DNA from: Chrysomallon squamiferum
Taxonomy: Eukaryota > Animalia > Mollusca
Assembly (NCBI GenBank): GCA_012295275.1
Contig: CM022679.1
Span: forward strand, 21,204,001-21,268,000
DNA length: 64,000 nucleotides
Direction of reading: 5' to 3'
The first letter of the stretch is position 1. Each line of letters begins with the position of its first letter. A program made the position numbers and the translations under genes. Shown here in pieces: positions 1 through 13,847 of the stretch. The notes beneath the pieces are model-generated. The model had not been told where the DNA came from and searched no databases. It worked only from the letters and a program-made list of their open reading frames with translations.

Positions 1-716
1 GCTGCAGTATGTTACAAACTCTCCAGCTGGCTGATTCTAAACGACTGGGCTGAACAATGCCAGCGAGTATTCTGCAGCTATTTGATCCATGTCATCTTTG
101 TATGGACATCCTTGGATGACTGGCTCTCGTGTAAGGTGCTGTTGTTGAAAAAGATAAAAAAAAATAACACGTTCTTGGGCTAGAAGACGTTCACGTATGT
201 AACTATAAAAAGATTTCTTTATACAGCACAGATAAAAGAAAATGGTAAAAGCAACTCACGACACTGCTGTTTTGTCATGAAGTGACTTTGTGTAGGTTAC
301 GAAATGTAAATATTGTGATCGGGATTACTAGGTTTCTCTACATAATAATCACAGAATATTAATGTTAGCGGTTTGGGTCATCTGTGTTACCTAAGACGAC
401 GTACAACATCACACCTGTCAATGTCAAAGGCTTCTTAAACAGTTTGTTGTGGAACAGATCTGTCATAGTGTTTCCTGGTAGCTTATACAGTGGTAAGTAT
501 TTAGTAACAGTGTAACAGAAAAATATGTGTAGATGTCATACTTCTCATTATATTTCTTTATTCTTTAGTCTTGACCCTCTTTTTCTTTCATTTTTCACAT
601 AAAACAGATGATAAAATCATCTGGCATGAGGAAGTGAAAATGTAATAAAATGCTTGAATAATAATCATAGAGATAATATCTTTATTATTTACTTTCACTT
701 ACTACTTTAAAAAAAA

Positions 717-749
<33 letters not shown>

Positions 750-2839
750 TAATAATAATAATAATAAACAACATAGTTATGTTTCTTAATGATCTTTGCA
801 CTTTTAGCAAAATGTCTTCTTCTGAATCATTCCCAGAAAATAACCTCCCCCCTCCTGTTCTTATCCACTAACATCACTGCAGACAATGGCCATTTCAGAT
901 GTGTCTGATTCCTATGGAATGCTCTCTCTGTCTTTTAAACACATTAATTTTTCACTAATATTGATTTTAGTTTGAAATACTTCACCCCGGACGAAGACCA
1001 TCTTTGTTAATCTAAAAGCTGTTAGCATTTCGCATGCCACGAACGTCTTGATTTCTTCTCAAGGGATTTTCTGTTTTTGGAATCCCTAGAATGGACCAGA
1101 ATAAATGTGTTTGGCTAAAGGATTTGTAATTTGAAACCTAATGCATGCAATTGTGGATTGCATATTCATTGGTGTGTTCTGTTATTTTTACTTTCTTTTC
1201 TTTTCATTTTTTTTTTTTCTTCTTTTATTTTTTTTTGTCTTGAAAATGAATGCAGAAAATATGCTGCAGTAAAATTTCTTGAGAAATTATAAAGCCATGA
1301 TGTACCTGAAATTATTTGCTAATAAGAGTTAATTCTTAATTTATTTAAACAAGTGAAATTAAAATCTCATTCTGATCTTCATAATTAGTTTCATCCTAGG
1401 TTGTGATATTGAAAAAATAAAAAATAAAAAATGCCAATTATCAATGAACCTCAAGAATTACAGAGGGTTTTTTTTTTTTTTTTTTGTATTTGTGTATGTG
1501 TCTGATCTCCTTTTAATAATAATTTTAAATTACTGAATAAATCCTGATCATTTTATTTTTGTTTTTTTAATTTTAAAATGAAAGTGAAGATGATATCTAG
1601 CATACTTCATATTTAAGCACACACACAAACACACATGCACACACACACACACACATTTACATATAGTTATTTGCTGCAATAGTAATACAAAGCAAATCAT
1701 CACGAATGAGAAAAATGCTGCTGTTTATGAAGAGGTGATAAACTGATTGATTTGAAATTGGTATGTTGACTTCAGGTGTGAAAATCTGACATACTTCACT
1801 GACAAATGTTCTGATTGATTGAACAAAGTCTGCTACATGCAGCAAAGTAAACATCCTGTGTTTGGTATGCAGGGAATACCAGCCATGGTACATCTTTGAT
1901 TTCAGTACTGATTACCTGCTCTAAGGAGGCTAAGGTGTATGTTCCGATCACTGTTATTGAGGTGATACCCTTTAATGCTGGAACTGATCTCTAAACCAGA
2001 GAATGTCACACGTTATGCATGCATACACACAGACAACAAAATAAAGCTATCTTTTTCTATATGTGTGTATTGTGTTTGTATGTATGTGTGTTTGTATATG
2101 TTACCTTATGTATGTAAATGATTACAATAAATGTATGCATATACTTCTGTGACGTCATATGTTTGCTGGTGTTTGTGCTTGTAAATTGTATGTATGCATA
2201 TACATATGTACATACATCTCTGCTTTGATTGTATGTACATGTGAGTATGTGTATGAATATGCATAAATGTGTATGTTGGGTTTGTATTCATATGAATATA
2301 TGCCTGTACATATGCTTTTATATAGATGTATTCCTTTCTGTGAATGAATGAATGAAGTAAGCGATGATTATTCGTGAACGACTTATCTCTATAAGGAAAG
2401 CTTTTTATATTGCTCCTTTTTTAGACTATTGTAAATGCTTAATGACACAGAACCACTTTCAGCTGAAAATTTTTAATGGATACATATGCGTTTATGTATG
2501 TTTCCATAATATAAATGGTTAAATACATACAGTAATTCTTCAACAGTTTTAAAATATATACATACATGTTCACTGATGTTACAAATGTACCTTGAAATAC
2601 CAAAACAAAATATTTGGGTCCATTGACATATGGATATAAATTGTTCTATTGTCCTGGGTATAACGCTGTTTTGTTTTCTTATTTTTGTTGTTAATCTTAT
2701 TATAAAATATCTTGAGGTGTTTCTGTTGTTGTTTTTATATCTTTTTTTTTTTAGTTGTATGTTGTCACATTAAACAATTTTGACTAATCTTCTATTTACC
2801 AATATTTAAAGGATTTAAGTAAAAATGGACCAATCTTTC

Positions 2840-2877
<38 letters not shown>

Positions 2878-5800
2878 GAGAAACTCTTGTGCACATTATC
2901 TAATTTTTAAAACCAGGACATTCTGTGGATTACTACAGACAAACATAATTACAACAACTGGATGTTGATTTAATTAAAAAACCCAGTAAAAGCCTTTGTG
3001 ATTGTATCTGAAATGTACAAAAAAAATAAAATACAAATAAAATAAATAAACAATAATAATAATTAAAAAAAATAAATAAATAACAACATAAAAGTTTGGC
3101 ACTGTTAAGATAAAACATTTGATATTTCAAACCAGAGAATTTTTACCAAATTAATTAAAACCAGACCAGGCAGAATCATGTGAGACACACGAAACACTAA
3201 TTAGTTCTACCAGGAAACAGTTTGGATGTATGTATACGTGCGCATGATGATGATTTCAGACTAAAGCATTTTGATCTAATTAAGTAAAAGCAGGGGAAAG
3301 CCCTAGAGGTGTAATGCAGGTTTACAAGAGAGATACAAAGAACTAATTATTTTTGTCTCAGAAGAAACATGTCTGGGATTTCAGTGCAGAGAATCATCTC
3401 AGCTGCTGTTCTGCAGGGAAGCGTTTACTTAGCACATCTGTTATTGGTGTGAGTATTTGCTTGTCATCATCATCACACAGGAACTGACTTTCTCTCTCTC
3501 TAGATGTCTGTTAGTCAGCTCACCAGCTGTCCTCAGCTTCTTGCAAAAGCACATCACACAGAACTGCTACAGATCAAAGCTGTTTTTCCTTCATCTTCTT
3601 TACTCCCTTTTCGGAGAACATGAATAAAAATGGAGGCTGGTTGAGACTGATGCCTGCACTGAGCTGAGATTGTGTTTCACCAGCAAGGCGGCACACATGG
3701 CACAGGTGGAAAACAAACTCCAAAACCATAGTGATCTGTTTCCTTTGTCATTCCTGCTCCTGGAATCTTCTGCAGCCTGAATTTTTTCTGGCTTCTTTAA
3801 ATACCTGGCTTTTTCTGTGTTTTTTTTAAAAGACAGTTGTGAATAAAAATGAGAAGAAAACTTAATCTTGTCTTTAATAATCTTGAATTGTTTCACAAGC
3901 TGAACAATTTTACTGGTACCTTTTATATATATTTTTTTTATTTTCTTTTCTTTCTTCTTCTTTTTATCTCTTGATATAATGGCAAGACTGATAAAAATTT
4001 CTTACACTTCTCTGTTATAATTCCAAATTATTCTGTGAGAACAAATAATCAGCAATAACTGTTTTTAATGAAAAGATTTATTTTGATATAGGCGGCTTAA
4101 TTTGAAGTCACCACAAATTCCATATTAATGAAAATTTAAACCCTTTTTCTTTTCACTTTTGATGGCCCATCACTGTTGTTTGGAGGAATTTCTGATCCAG
4201 CTATGTCAAACACACAAAAGGTCTTGGTCAAGGATTGCAATGTTTGTTCAGACAGCTGATCCTAAAACAGAAAGAAAAGTCAATACTGGTCTTGAAATAA
4301 GGAATACATTGATGTGGTGAAGGATCTCTTACATGGAAATATGACCTATATTGCATAATATGTCAGTTTATGCTTATTATGAATTATGTAGAAAAGCTTT
4401 GGCAGTTTCATTATACAAATTATATGCTTGTACATATAAGAAAATTATGGACTAAGTTAATAAATCATGTTTTTGTTTTCTTTGGGTTTTTTCTTAAGCT
4501 TTTTTCCCTTTCATTTTCTTAGGCATAAATATTTTAATACAGTAAATATGGGATATTACATATACAAATGGGAGATTAAAGCATATTTCATAGGCTTGCT
4601 TTTCATTTTTATTTGTATACATTGCCTCTAACCATACAGTGTGGCATACATTAAAATGTCATTAAATAAATAATTTCTTCATTTTCTTCTTCTTAACTTT
4701 TCACTTTCATTTCTTTCATGACAACCTTTTTATTTTAATGAATACACAAACTTTAAAAGGGTTTTTCTTTTATTACTTTTTTTATTTGGTTTTTTGTTAA
4801 ATAGTACTTGTTAATGTACTGGATAAATCAGCCAGGGTCTGAATACACAAATATTACTTAGTCTAGCTGAATTTGCTTCATATACATTTTATATATATAT
4901 ATATACACACACACATACATATATACACACATACATACACATATTAGAATTTGTATACAAAGATGTATGTGTCTGTCTGCATGTGTATATATACAAATGT
5001 CTTTGTCAATGTGTATGTGTATGTATACATATATTTGTGTCTGTGATTATTTGTATGTAAGCATGAATGTGATTGTGTGTAAGTGAGATAAAAAAGACAA
5101 TATTTCTGTGTGTATGTGTGAGAAAGAGAGAGAAATGTCAGGGTATGCAAGCAACAATTATTATGTTACTGTCCACCAGTTTTCTGGTATGTTGATAAGT
5201 CTAGCTATTTGCTTAGATGATTTTTACAATCCATCATAAATTTGGCTAAGGGACAAGTTTTTAGTAAAATGACTAAGCTTTAGATATTTAACATTAAAAA
5301 AAAAAAAAATGATTTTCTGTCAACAACCATGTTTTAGTCATGTGTCATCAGTTTAATAATATTACTAGAATAATTGATTTTGAGCAGTTCCTGTAAAACT
5401 ATTTTGAGTTCAATAATCTTAACAGACTTGATATAACCTGCACTTGCACCAGAAGAGATAATGTTCTGTATTGAAAGCTTCACAACTTTGAGCACACTAA
5501 TTGGATTTCTGTGGAGATGTGAGTGGTGATGGTAGGTCACTTTGTCAGTTTGTGAATTCCTTTACAATTTGGATATTGTGTTTATCAGTTTGGTTAAAAG
5601 TCATAAGAATTTTAACATTCTTTGTTCATTAACACCCACTTTTAAATGTTGTTGCTGTCTTCATTTGATGGATGTTATCATTACAGGCATGACAGTGAAG
5701 AATTTTCACTATTTTTCTTTAATGGAACTTTTGGATAAGGTAAATAATGTGAAAAGTAAAGACTCTATAGGAAGCATTTGAAACCAAACAAACTATTCAA

Positions 5801-6349
5801 TGGATGCTTTCCATCTCTGAAATCATTTTGATTCATTTTGTAGCAAGTATTTGTAACCAAAATAGCAATGACTGGATGCTTTCCATCTTCAGAGACATGA
5901 TTTTAATTATCTGGTTCTTTATCAGCATATGACAAAATTTCAAATCAAAGAGTGTACCCATGACAGGTATATTGGAATAGTTTTCTGATAATCACATGAT
6001 TACAGTACACATACATGTAAATTTTAAGTTTCAATTTTGAAAAGTGGCATGTTGTCTTGAATTGTTTTTAAATACGTTTTCCTGAATGTAAAGTCAATAT
6101 GTTTCAGTAAGAAATGAGTAGTAATTTGAACAAGCACTGCTGATTATTGAAGGTCAGCCGTGGCTGTAATTACAGCCCTTACATGTTAAGCCATTACAGA
6201 ATTAGTTATTAATTATACCTCTACTTGACATTTGTTATAATAACTGAGAAACATAATTGAGGTTTTAATGTAGTCTGAAGGATACTGCTAATGTGACTTG
6301 TTACTTTATACTAATTTAACATGTTTATATACATTACTTTTAACATGCG

Positions 6350-6750
6350 TAATTATTAGCTGAATAACTATATTGCTAATTTGGCTTATTGTGACAGCAT
6401 ATACGTATATTTATTTCAAGTGTTGTGTATTTTAAAAGTATTTTATTAGCTAAATAGCCATATTGCTAAATCTTATTATGAATCATATCTCAATACTAAA
6501 TGTTTTTAGTTTTAATACTTTATTAAAAAAATAACTATACTGCTAACCTGGATTACTGTATAGAATTAGGTATATCTTTATATACATTTCAAGGTGTCTT
6601 TAGTTTTTAATGGTACTTTAAGACATTGTTAGCTAAATTATTGTCCTGCTAATTTGGATTACTGTGACAGTATATCTTTAAACTTAAGTCAAATGTTTTT
6701 AGTTTTTAATGGTACTTTATTAGCTAAATAACTGAAGACTGTGATTGATT
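6350..6750. repeat. Degenerate tandem repeat, unit about 90 bp, about 4-5 copies
   Basis: Recurring ttattagctaaataact...tgctaa..tggattactgt...tttttagtttt units starting near 6353, 6443, 6520, 6627 and 6717. Confidence 0.7.
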
Positions 6751-9700
6751 ACTGTCCATACCGGCAATGAAAAGGTAATTATGAAGATATAGATTTGTAG
6801 ACAAAGACTAGTTACTGAGATCAATAAGGGTCAAGTCAAATCTCTGGTAAGGATAACAACCAGATTTTTTTTTTTTTTTTTTTTTTACTTCTTACATTAA
6901 TCAGTTGATTGCTCTGAGGTTCATTCTTCCAGCATTCGATTTATTTCTCAGCATTTCATATCCAGCTAATTGGTCGCTTCTGAAATCTTCCAGTTCATAT
7001 AATTGAGCCCTGCGGGTAGACCTACAGCAAACCTGTCCATCTGTTTTTATGTTTGTGAGGGTTATACAAGCAAAATTAAATCATTTAATTACCTAGTTTC
7101 CTTCGGATGGAAATATAGCTGGATTAATCTTACACTTTACTGCACATAAACTAGCTGCACCGACCATAAGCCTGCCTAATCCCCATTTTGAGAAGTGGCT
7201 TTTTAATTTATTTATGACACTGATGACACAAAGGATAGCTGACCCCTTTGAATGTGGTGGGCTATTCTGACTAGTGCCCCTGTTTTCCAAATAGACTGGA
7301 CTTACTGGCTGCACAATAGACAGTGCTACTGTTTTTTAGAGGTGTGACAGGTTGTTGATTGTCTGGTGTGACTGTCTCACCTCCAGCTCACCCCAGTTAT
7401 CTGTTTACCTGTATGGGATATTGGACTGGATATTAATCAAAGGAAGGAAGCAGAATGCCTCCATAAAACACAATGTCTCTATTTAGCCTTTCTGTTAACA
7501 ATATACATGTGAAATTCACTGTCTTTTCATTTGACACGTGTGTCATTACTGTCAAGGCGTGACTAACAGACATTAAGCTGTAAGATTGTTTTCAAGGCAG
7601 CTGGCAAGCAAGCCTCTGTATGCAAACTGGTTCTTTCTAGAGCTAAATGTACCTCTTATGTATGTACTTTGCTGTTGTATGGTGGTCTTGTTTTGTTTGT
7701 CATTGATGTGTAGATGTGCTGTACTGTACAAGAAAGTCACAAATGTGTGTTCAGTATTAATGTGAGAGTTCGGTATTGTACTATAATTTATAGTAAAAGG
7801 AGGACAGAAAAGCTTAGCTATGCACTGTTTTTTTTTAGGTTGATTTTCTTTTTTTTTTCACTTTATGAAAACTCTTCAGTCTGCCAGTGTTAAATAACCA
7901 AATGCATGGACACAAAAGGAATTTACTTTCAGGAATTTAATACATGAAGTGTGGCTGCCTTTATTGTGTTGAAGATTACTGTGTTTTGGTCCTAGCACGG
8001 ACTTGTGAATTCTTCAAGAGTTTGTGACTTCCTAGTATCTACCAGTCTTTGTCTGGTATAGCAAACACAACTTAAAGATTTTGTGTGTGACTGAGAAGAG
8101 TTGGGTCGTGCCAGAACGAAGGACTGGAGAATCACTGATTTTTGTTCTTGTTAGTGTTGTGAACAGAACCGTTGAACCAAGATGTTGATATATGTTGTTG
8201 GTCAGTCTGTTGGCAGTGAAGGGATTATTTATGAACATGATGGTGATGATGATGAGGAAAAAGGCTGTGTAGATGACGATGTTGGTTCATTGGTGCCCAC
8301 CAGTTTTCCAGATGTGTGCCAGAATGAATTGCAGAAAAGGTTGAAAATTAATATCTGTATTGTACACATAGTCATTTTTTAATTCATATTTACCTCGATC
8401 TTTATTAATTTTTTTAAATTTGGAAACAAGGATAAATTAAAACATTAATATTTGATAAACATACACACACACACACACAAACACAAACACACAATATTAC
8501 TGGCTACAAGCCAGAGTAAAAACTATATCACTAGCTGAGCTGGACTAATTCAATCACGTGAATAACATTATGGATTTCATAAAAACTTGTATATTGAATA
8601 TCACTGAAAACACATTTGGTATTTTTTTTCCCCCAGTATATGTTTTAAACAAAAATATATATAAACTGGGGACTATAAATTCTATTACTTATTAATTTAC
8701 CTTGAGGGCATTAATATAACACACTTTCACAATGATGCACTTTACAAATAAATCACAAAAAACATTATATGGAGACAGTCACTAAAAGCTGGGCATACAT
8801 TTTACTGATTTCTTAGTTTTGCTTCATCTCTCTTGGTTTCATGATAATGAAATTCTGTGCAGTTTCTGTTTGTTTTCATTTAAAACAATAAACATTTTAC
8901 TGAGAAAAAAAAATCAAGTTGCCAATAATTATAATGTATTAATATAACAAAATACATGTATGCATTTTCAATTGTCTTTAGTATATTATACTAGTGTTGA
9001 AAAAAGAAATCACTGTCATGTATTGGTCTAATGAAGTGAAGTAGATAAATGCATATTTCTCTGAACTGGAAGGATCAATACTTTATTTATTATTTTATTT
9101 TATATTTTTTGTAAACACATCCTGAAGCAAAAGCTGAATGTCTTGTAAACCAGGACAGCTTCTATTTTAATGAATTTCTTAAAAAGTATTTAAAAAAAAA
9201 TTAAAAAATCATCTCTAATCATTAACCTTGCTGGCAAGTGTCATTTGAAAATGTCAACTTTAATTGGGATGTCAAGTATTTAGCATTTGTCAAGATAAAT
9301 AAGACTAGCAAATATCAGCTGGCAGTGTGTTAAGTCTCATACCTGGTCAATGTTTGATACACCTGACCACATGTTACTGTCACTTTGAGTGCCTTTAACT
9401 TTTTACCTTTTTTCTTTCTTTTTTTAACTGTTATTCTTATTCTTTCTCTCTCTCTCTCTCTTTATCTATCTTTTTTTTTGTTATTCTTTCTCTTTACTAA
9501 GTTTTTTCTCTCTGTAAATATTTTCCAGTCCCAATTTTTAAAACATTTTCTCTGTTTGCTCTTTTCATTTAATTTGTGTTATATATATATATATATTGTG
9601 TTTCCTTTTCTCTCTGCTCTGTAATTTGTTTCTAAAACGTGTCTACCACTCTTCTCTTTCCTTCTTCCTCCTGTTCTTTTTGTCCCTGTCTTTCCAATCT

Positions 9701-12000
9701 CTTTCTCAATTTCATCTTTAGCCCATTTTTTAAAAACAAAATTGGTCTGGTTTTGCTTTTGAGCTGTCACTACTTGTCACTTTTTCTCTCTCTTACTCTT
9801 TCTAATTCTATTTCTGACTCCTCTGGCACTTTTTTCTCAAACTATTTCTATGAATAAATGAATCTCCATTAGTTTTAACAAAAGTTCATTGACAGAACTG
9901 ATGAATTATTGTTCGTGTGCTGACAGTAACAAGGATTTAAGTTATAATCTATTTTTATAACCCACACCAGAACAGTGGGTTACAGAGTTCATTGATAGTT
10001 ATGCAACAATTCAGTTCACAGTCACAAGGATATAACCTGTTTATGCACTGTGTCTGTCTAAAGTTTGATTAGTTCATTCTGACGAAACAAACTCCAAACA
10101 GAAAATAAAATGATTTTTACTGTATGATTTACAGTACATAGGTTTATGTTGAATTAAAGATATAAAAAAAAAGGAAAAAAAAAGTATTAATACATTAATT
10201 AATATATAGGCCTGTGTCTGGTCATCGGCAGAATTATTTTGTACTTTACATTATTTGGAATGTAGCAATGGATCTAAGAAACAAATGATCTGTAATATAA
10301 CCCTAGACATTGCCCTCTGTAAATCACTAAATGATTTATGTATTATTTGGCCTAAGTCTTGCCAGTTATTAGTAATGATTTGTATCATACATATGTATTG
10401 GAAACATTTGCATTGCCCATAAGACATCATAATTTGTTATCGTCATTATTTGTAATATATGTCTAGATCTTGCTCATAGAAACAACAATAATGCTTTGCA
10501 TTATGCATCATCTTAAACAAGATACCATTTTCTTCCATAAATATTTGAAACAAAAGCAAAGATCATCATTAGCATCAAATGTTATTTGGAATAGAGGCTT
10601 AGGGTTAGGATCATAGGAATGTCGGTTTGGGGATTGGCTATAAATACACAATATATGAAATTTATAACATATATTTATAGCCTCTTATAATCTTATCAAT
10701 GTTTTTCAGGTGTCTAATCATAATGTTATTAGTGTCACAAGAAACATGTTGAATAATATTTAGTATTTTTCTGATGTTTCCTTGTCTGATTCTGTAATCT
10801 AGCTCAGCCAGAAGACTGTTCATACTTGAATGCTGTAACTGTTGATATCAACATGTCTGTGTGTTAATATTTGCCTCAGCTATAATCACTTGTCACTGCT
10901 ACACCTGTCATCATAATGTTTAAAACAATATCTACCTCAGCCTGGCCTTTGTTGTAAACACACATGTTTAAAGTAGACTAAATGGTTGTAATAACAGACC
11001 TACTTGTCTCACACCTGGGTAATCTCTCTGTCTTATGTAATATACAAGTTGGTAGTTTTTTTTATATATATATATATGTATATGTATGCATGTATATGTA
11101 TGTTTATATCTACACATATATATGCATGTATGTGTGATTGTAAATAGTTTATTAAATACACATACCTTGATTATATATTGCTTTATTTACATAATTTGGT
11201 AGTTGTCTTAATTTAATATATATATATATATGTTATGTGAACATATTTTTAGTGTTTCATTTTAAAGTGAAGTAGATGTGGAATACCAAATTCCTATAAT
11301 GTACTTAAAATTATCCAGTAATAATAACCAAAATATTTATTATAAATTGTTTCACTCCAGCCACTTTCAAAAACAAACTAAAAAATAATTTTCTTCATTC
11401 TTTCTACTTGTAACCAGTGTTACCAGTCCAGAAATTGTCTCCATGACAATGACCTCTCCCAACCCAGAACATAATGAATTCTAGATGTTCATATTTATAC
11501 TGAATCTTTATAAATTAAATGTATTGTCTTCTGTATTTCAAACTTATCAAGTACTGTACCAGTTGGTGATGTTATGAATTGACTTTGTGAAGATAAGAAT
11601 GACTTCCTTGATGACTGTCACACACATTTAATAATCAGGAAGTGGGATATTCGACATTATTGTACATCTTGGTATCAAAACTATCCATAGAACAGGATTT
11701 AAATTTATATTAATTCATTATTTAATTAAGCTAACATGTCTTACTTGCATTTTAGAGTATATGTTTGATGTCTTTTCATTATAAAGTATATGTCTGATGT
11801 GTTTTTAACATCTATATTCTGAGTCTTTCTTACACTGGACCTTCATGATAAACTCTAGACCATATGCTCACTAGCAAGATATGTCATACTGTGGTTGGTA
11901 GTTGTTGTGTTAATTAACCAGTTTGTTACATGACGCTGTAGTGGGTGTAGTTCGGCTCAGTACTGTTTCCTGTGACTCACGGCCAGCTCTTGTTTTTCAG

Positions 12001-12076
12001 TTTTGGTAAAAGGATGCAAGGATGTGCGCGCCGCACCAGCGAATGCCTCACACTCGAGCCTTCCGACATGATCGCA
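12001..12076 (+). CDS. RAPGEF2: PDZ-GEF exon: end of N-terminal cNMP-like domain, (S)[25 protein letters not shown]
   Basis: ttttcag acceptor, gtgagt donor, phase 2 to 0; resembles the SFGK...CLVLEPSEMIV segment of RAPGEF6. Confidence 0.88.
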
Positions 12077-13756
12077 GTGAGTTTCTTCTTTATTAATATT
12101 TGTTTATTTTTATTTAATTTTTAATTATTATGATTACTATTGTTGTTGTTGTTGTGGTGGTTATTTAATTTAATTTATCGATATTTTGTGAAATCAGAAT
12201 ATTATTGATACAAATGTAAAATAAATAAGGCATATATATTCAAAGAACTTTTGATTAAGTTTTTAATAAAAGAACAACCCCAAAACTTTAAAAAAAAAAT
12301 AATTCCTTCCCCCAAAAAAAAAAAAAAAAAAAAAAAAATAAATAATAATAATAGTAATAATAATAAATATAATCTTTAAAAATATTTTCAGAATTCACAA
12401 ACCATTTTTTTTTACCTGTAATTATACAATTGTTATTCATACGTACAGTTTGCATTTTGTTTATTTTTGTTGTATGTAAAGTCAAGGGTTTTTCAAAATT
12501 AACAAAATAGTAATTAAATGTTTATTTTTACTATCAAATGATAATAACAATAATGATAATGATAATAGTAATAGTAGCAGTAGTAAAACAAAAAACAAAA
12601 ACCCTTAAAATCCCCACCCCAAAAACGGGATTGATCCACACAAATCAGCGTAGTATATTCATCAACTACAACACTTTGCACTATACCTTTTTATTCATTT
12701 ACATAATAAACATTTTTGTCATTTGCATAATTATCTTGCAAGTACTACTTGATGAATAATTCAGCCATGATATGATCCATGTTTCCTCCATGTACAGGCG
12801 ACTTCCTCAGGCTTCCTGCCCCACTTGAGTCTGCCCCATTTTTCCTCCAAGTTTTAATCCCAGTTGCCAAAACAGGATCTGAATTCTGTTCAAGTTGAAT
12901 TTCAAATCTAAATTCTGACATTCAAATTTGAACATCTGTCAGTTTTTTGAGAAATCTTACACGATAGAATGATGTATCAGGTAAGGTAACTTTGAGATGT
13001 ACTGAAGTACTGCGTCTAATGAAATTGTTAAAATGTTGATGAATCAGCAACTACTTTTTTTTTTTATGGGAATTCGTTTTCTGAATGTGATATTGTACTG
13101 TAGAAGTATATTTTTGATGGAGGCAACAAACAGACCAATATATTTGGTGGTTTTCTAATTTATTGTTATTGTTATTATTGTTGTTGTTGTTGTTGTTTTG
13201 GGTGTTACTGATATTGAAATAAATCCTTGTTAACAGTAAAATATGATGATTATTATATCTGAATAAACAGGGAGCCTCCCATTTTACTTCCTTTGTAACC
13301 AGATTAATTTGTTTATGAATTTGTTCTATTTTTTTCTCATTAAATATTACAATAGTATACCATTTAAAATAAGTTTGATTAATAAATCAACTTGGAAAAA
13401 AGAAAAAAAAAATATTTAAAATAAAAATTTGTTGTAATGATACTACTTTAAGTTAGGCTATGGGTTCAGATAGCTTTACCAAACATTATAATATTTAAAC
13501 AATAAAAGACTTGTATTGTAACAAATACACCATTATTGCTACCAATTTTATCAGATGAAATTTTTTTTTTTTATTATTTAATTTTTTTTTTCATATGAAC
13601 AAAGAATTATTGTAAATCTTTTCGTATTCATCATAGAACTTACAAACTTACAGTTTTTGTTTTATTAGGGTTTATAGCTAACAAAGATCAATTGTTACTT
13701 ATTTTATATATATATATATATATGTGAATGTGTGTATATGTGTATATGTATGTGAA

Positions 13757-13847
<91 letters not shown>

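Noticed and set aside
4203-4360. Short ATG-initiated frames as a first exon
   Set aside because: All hit stops before a usable donor.
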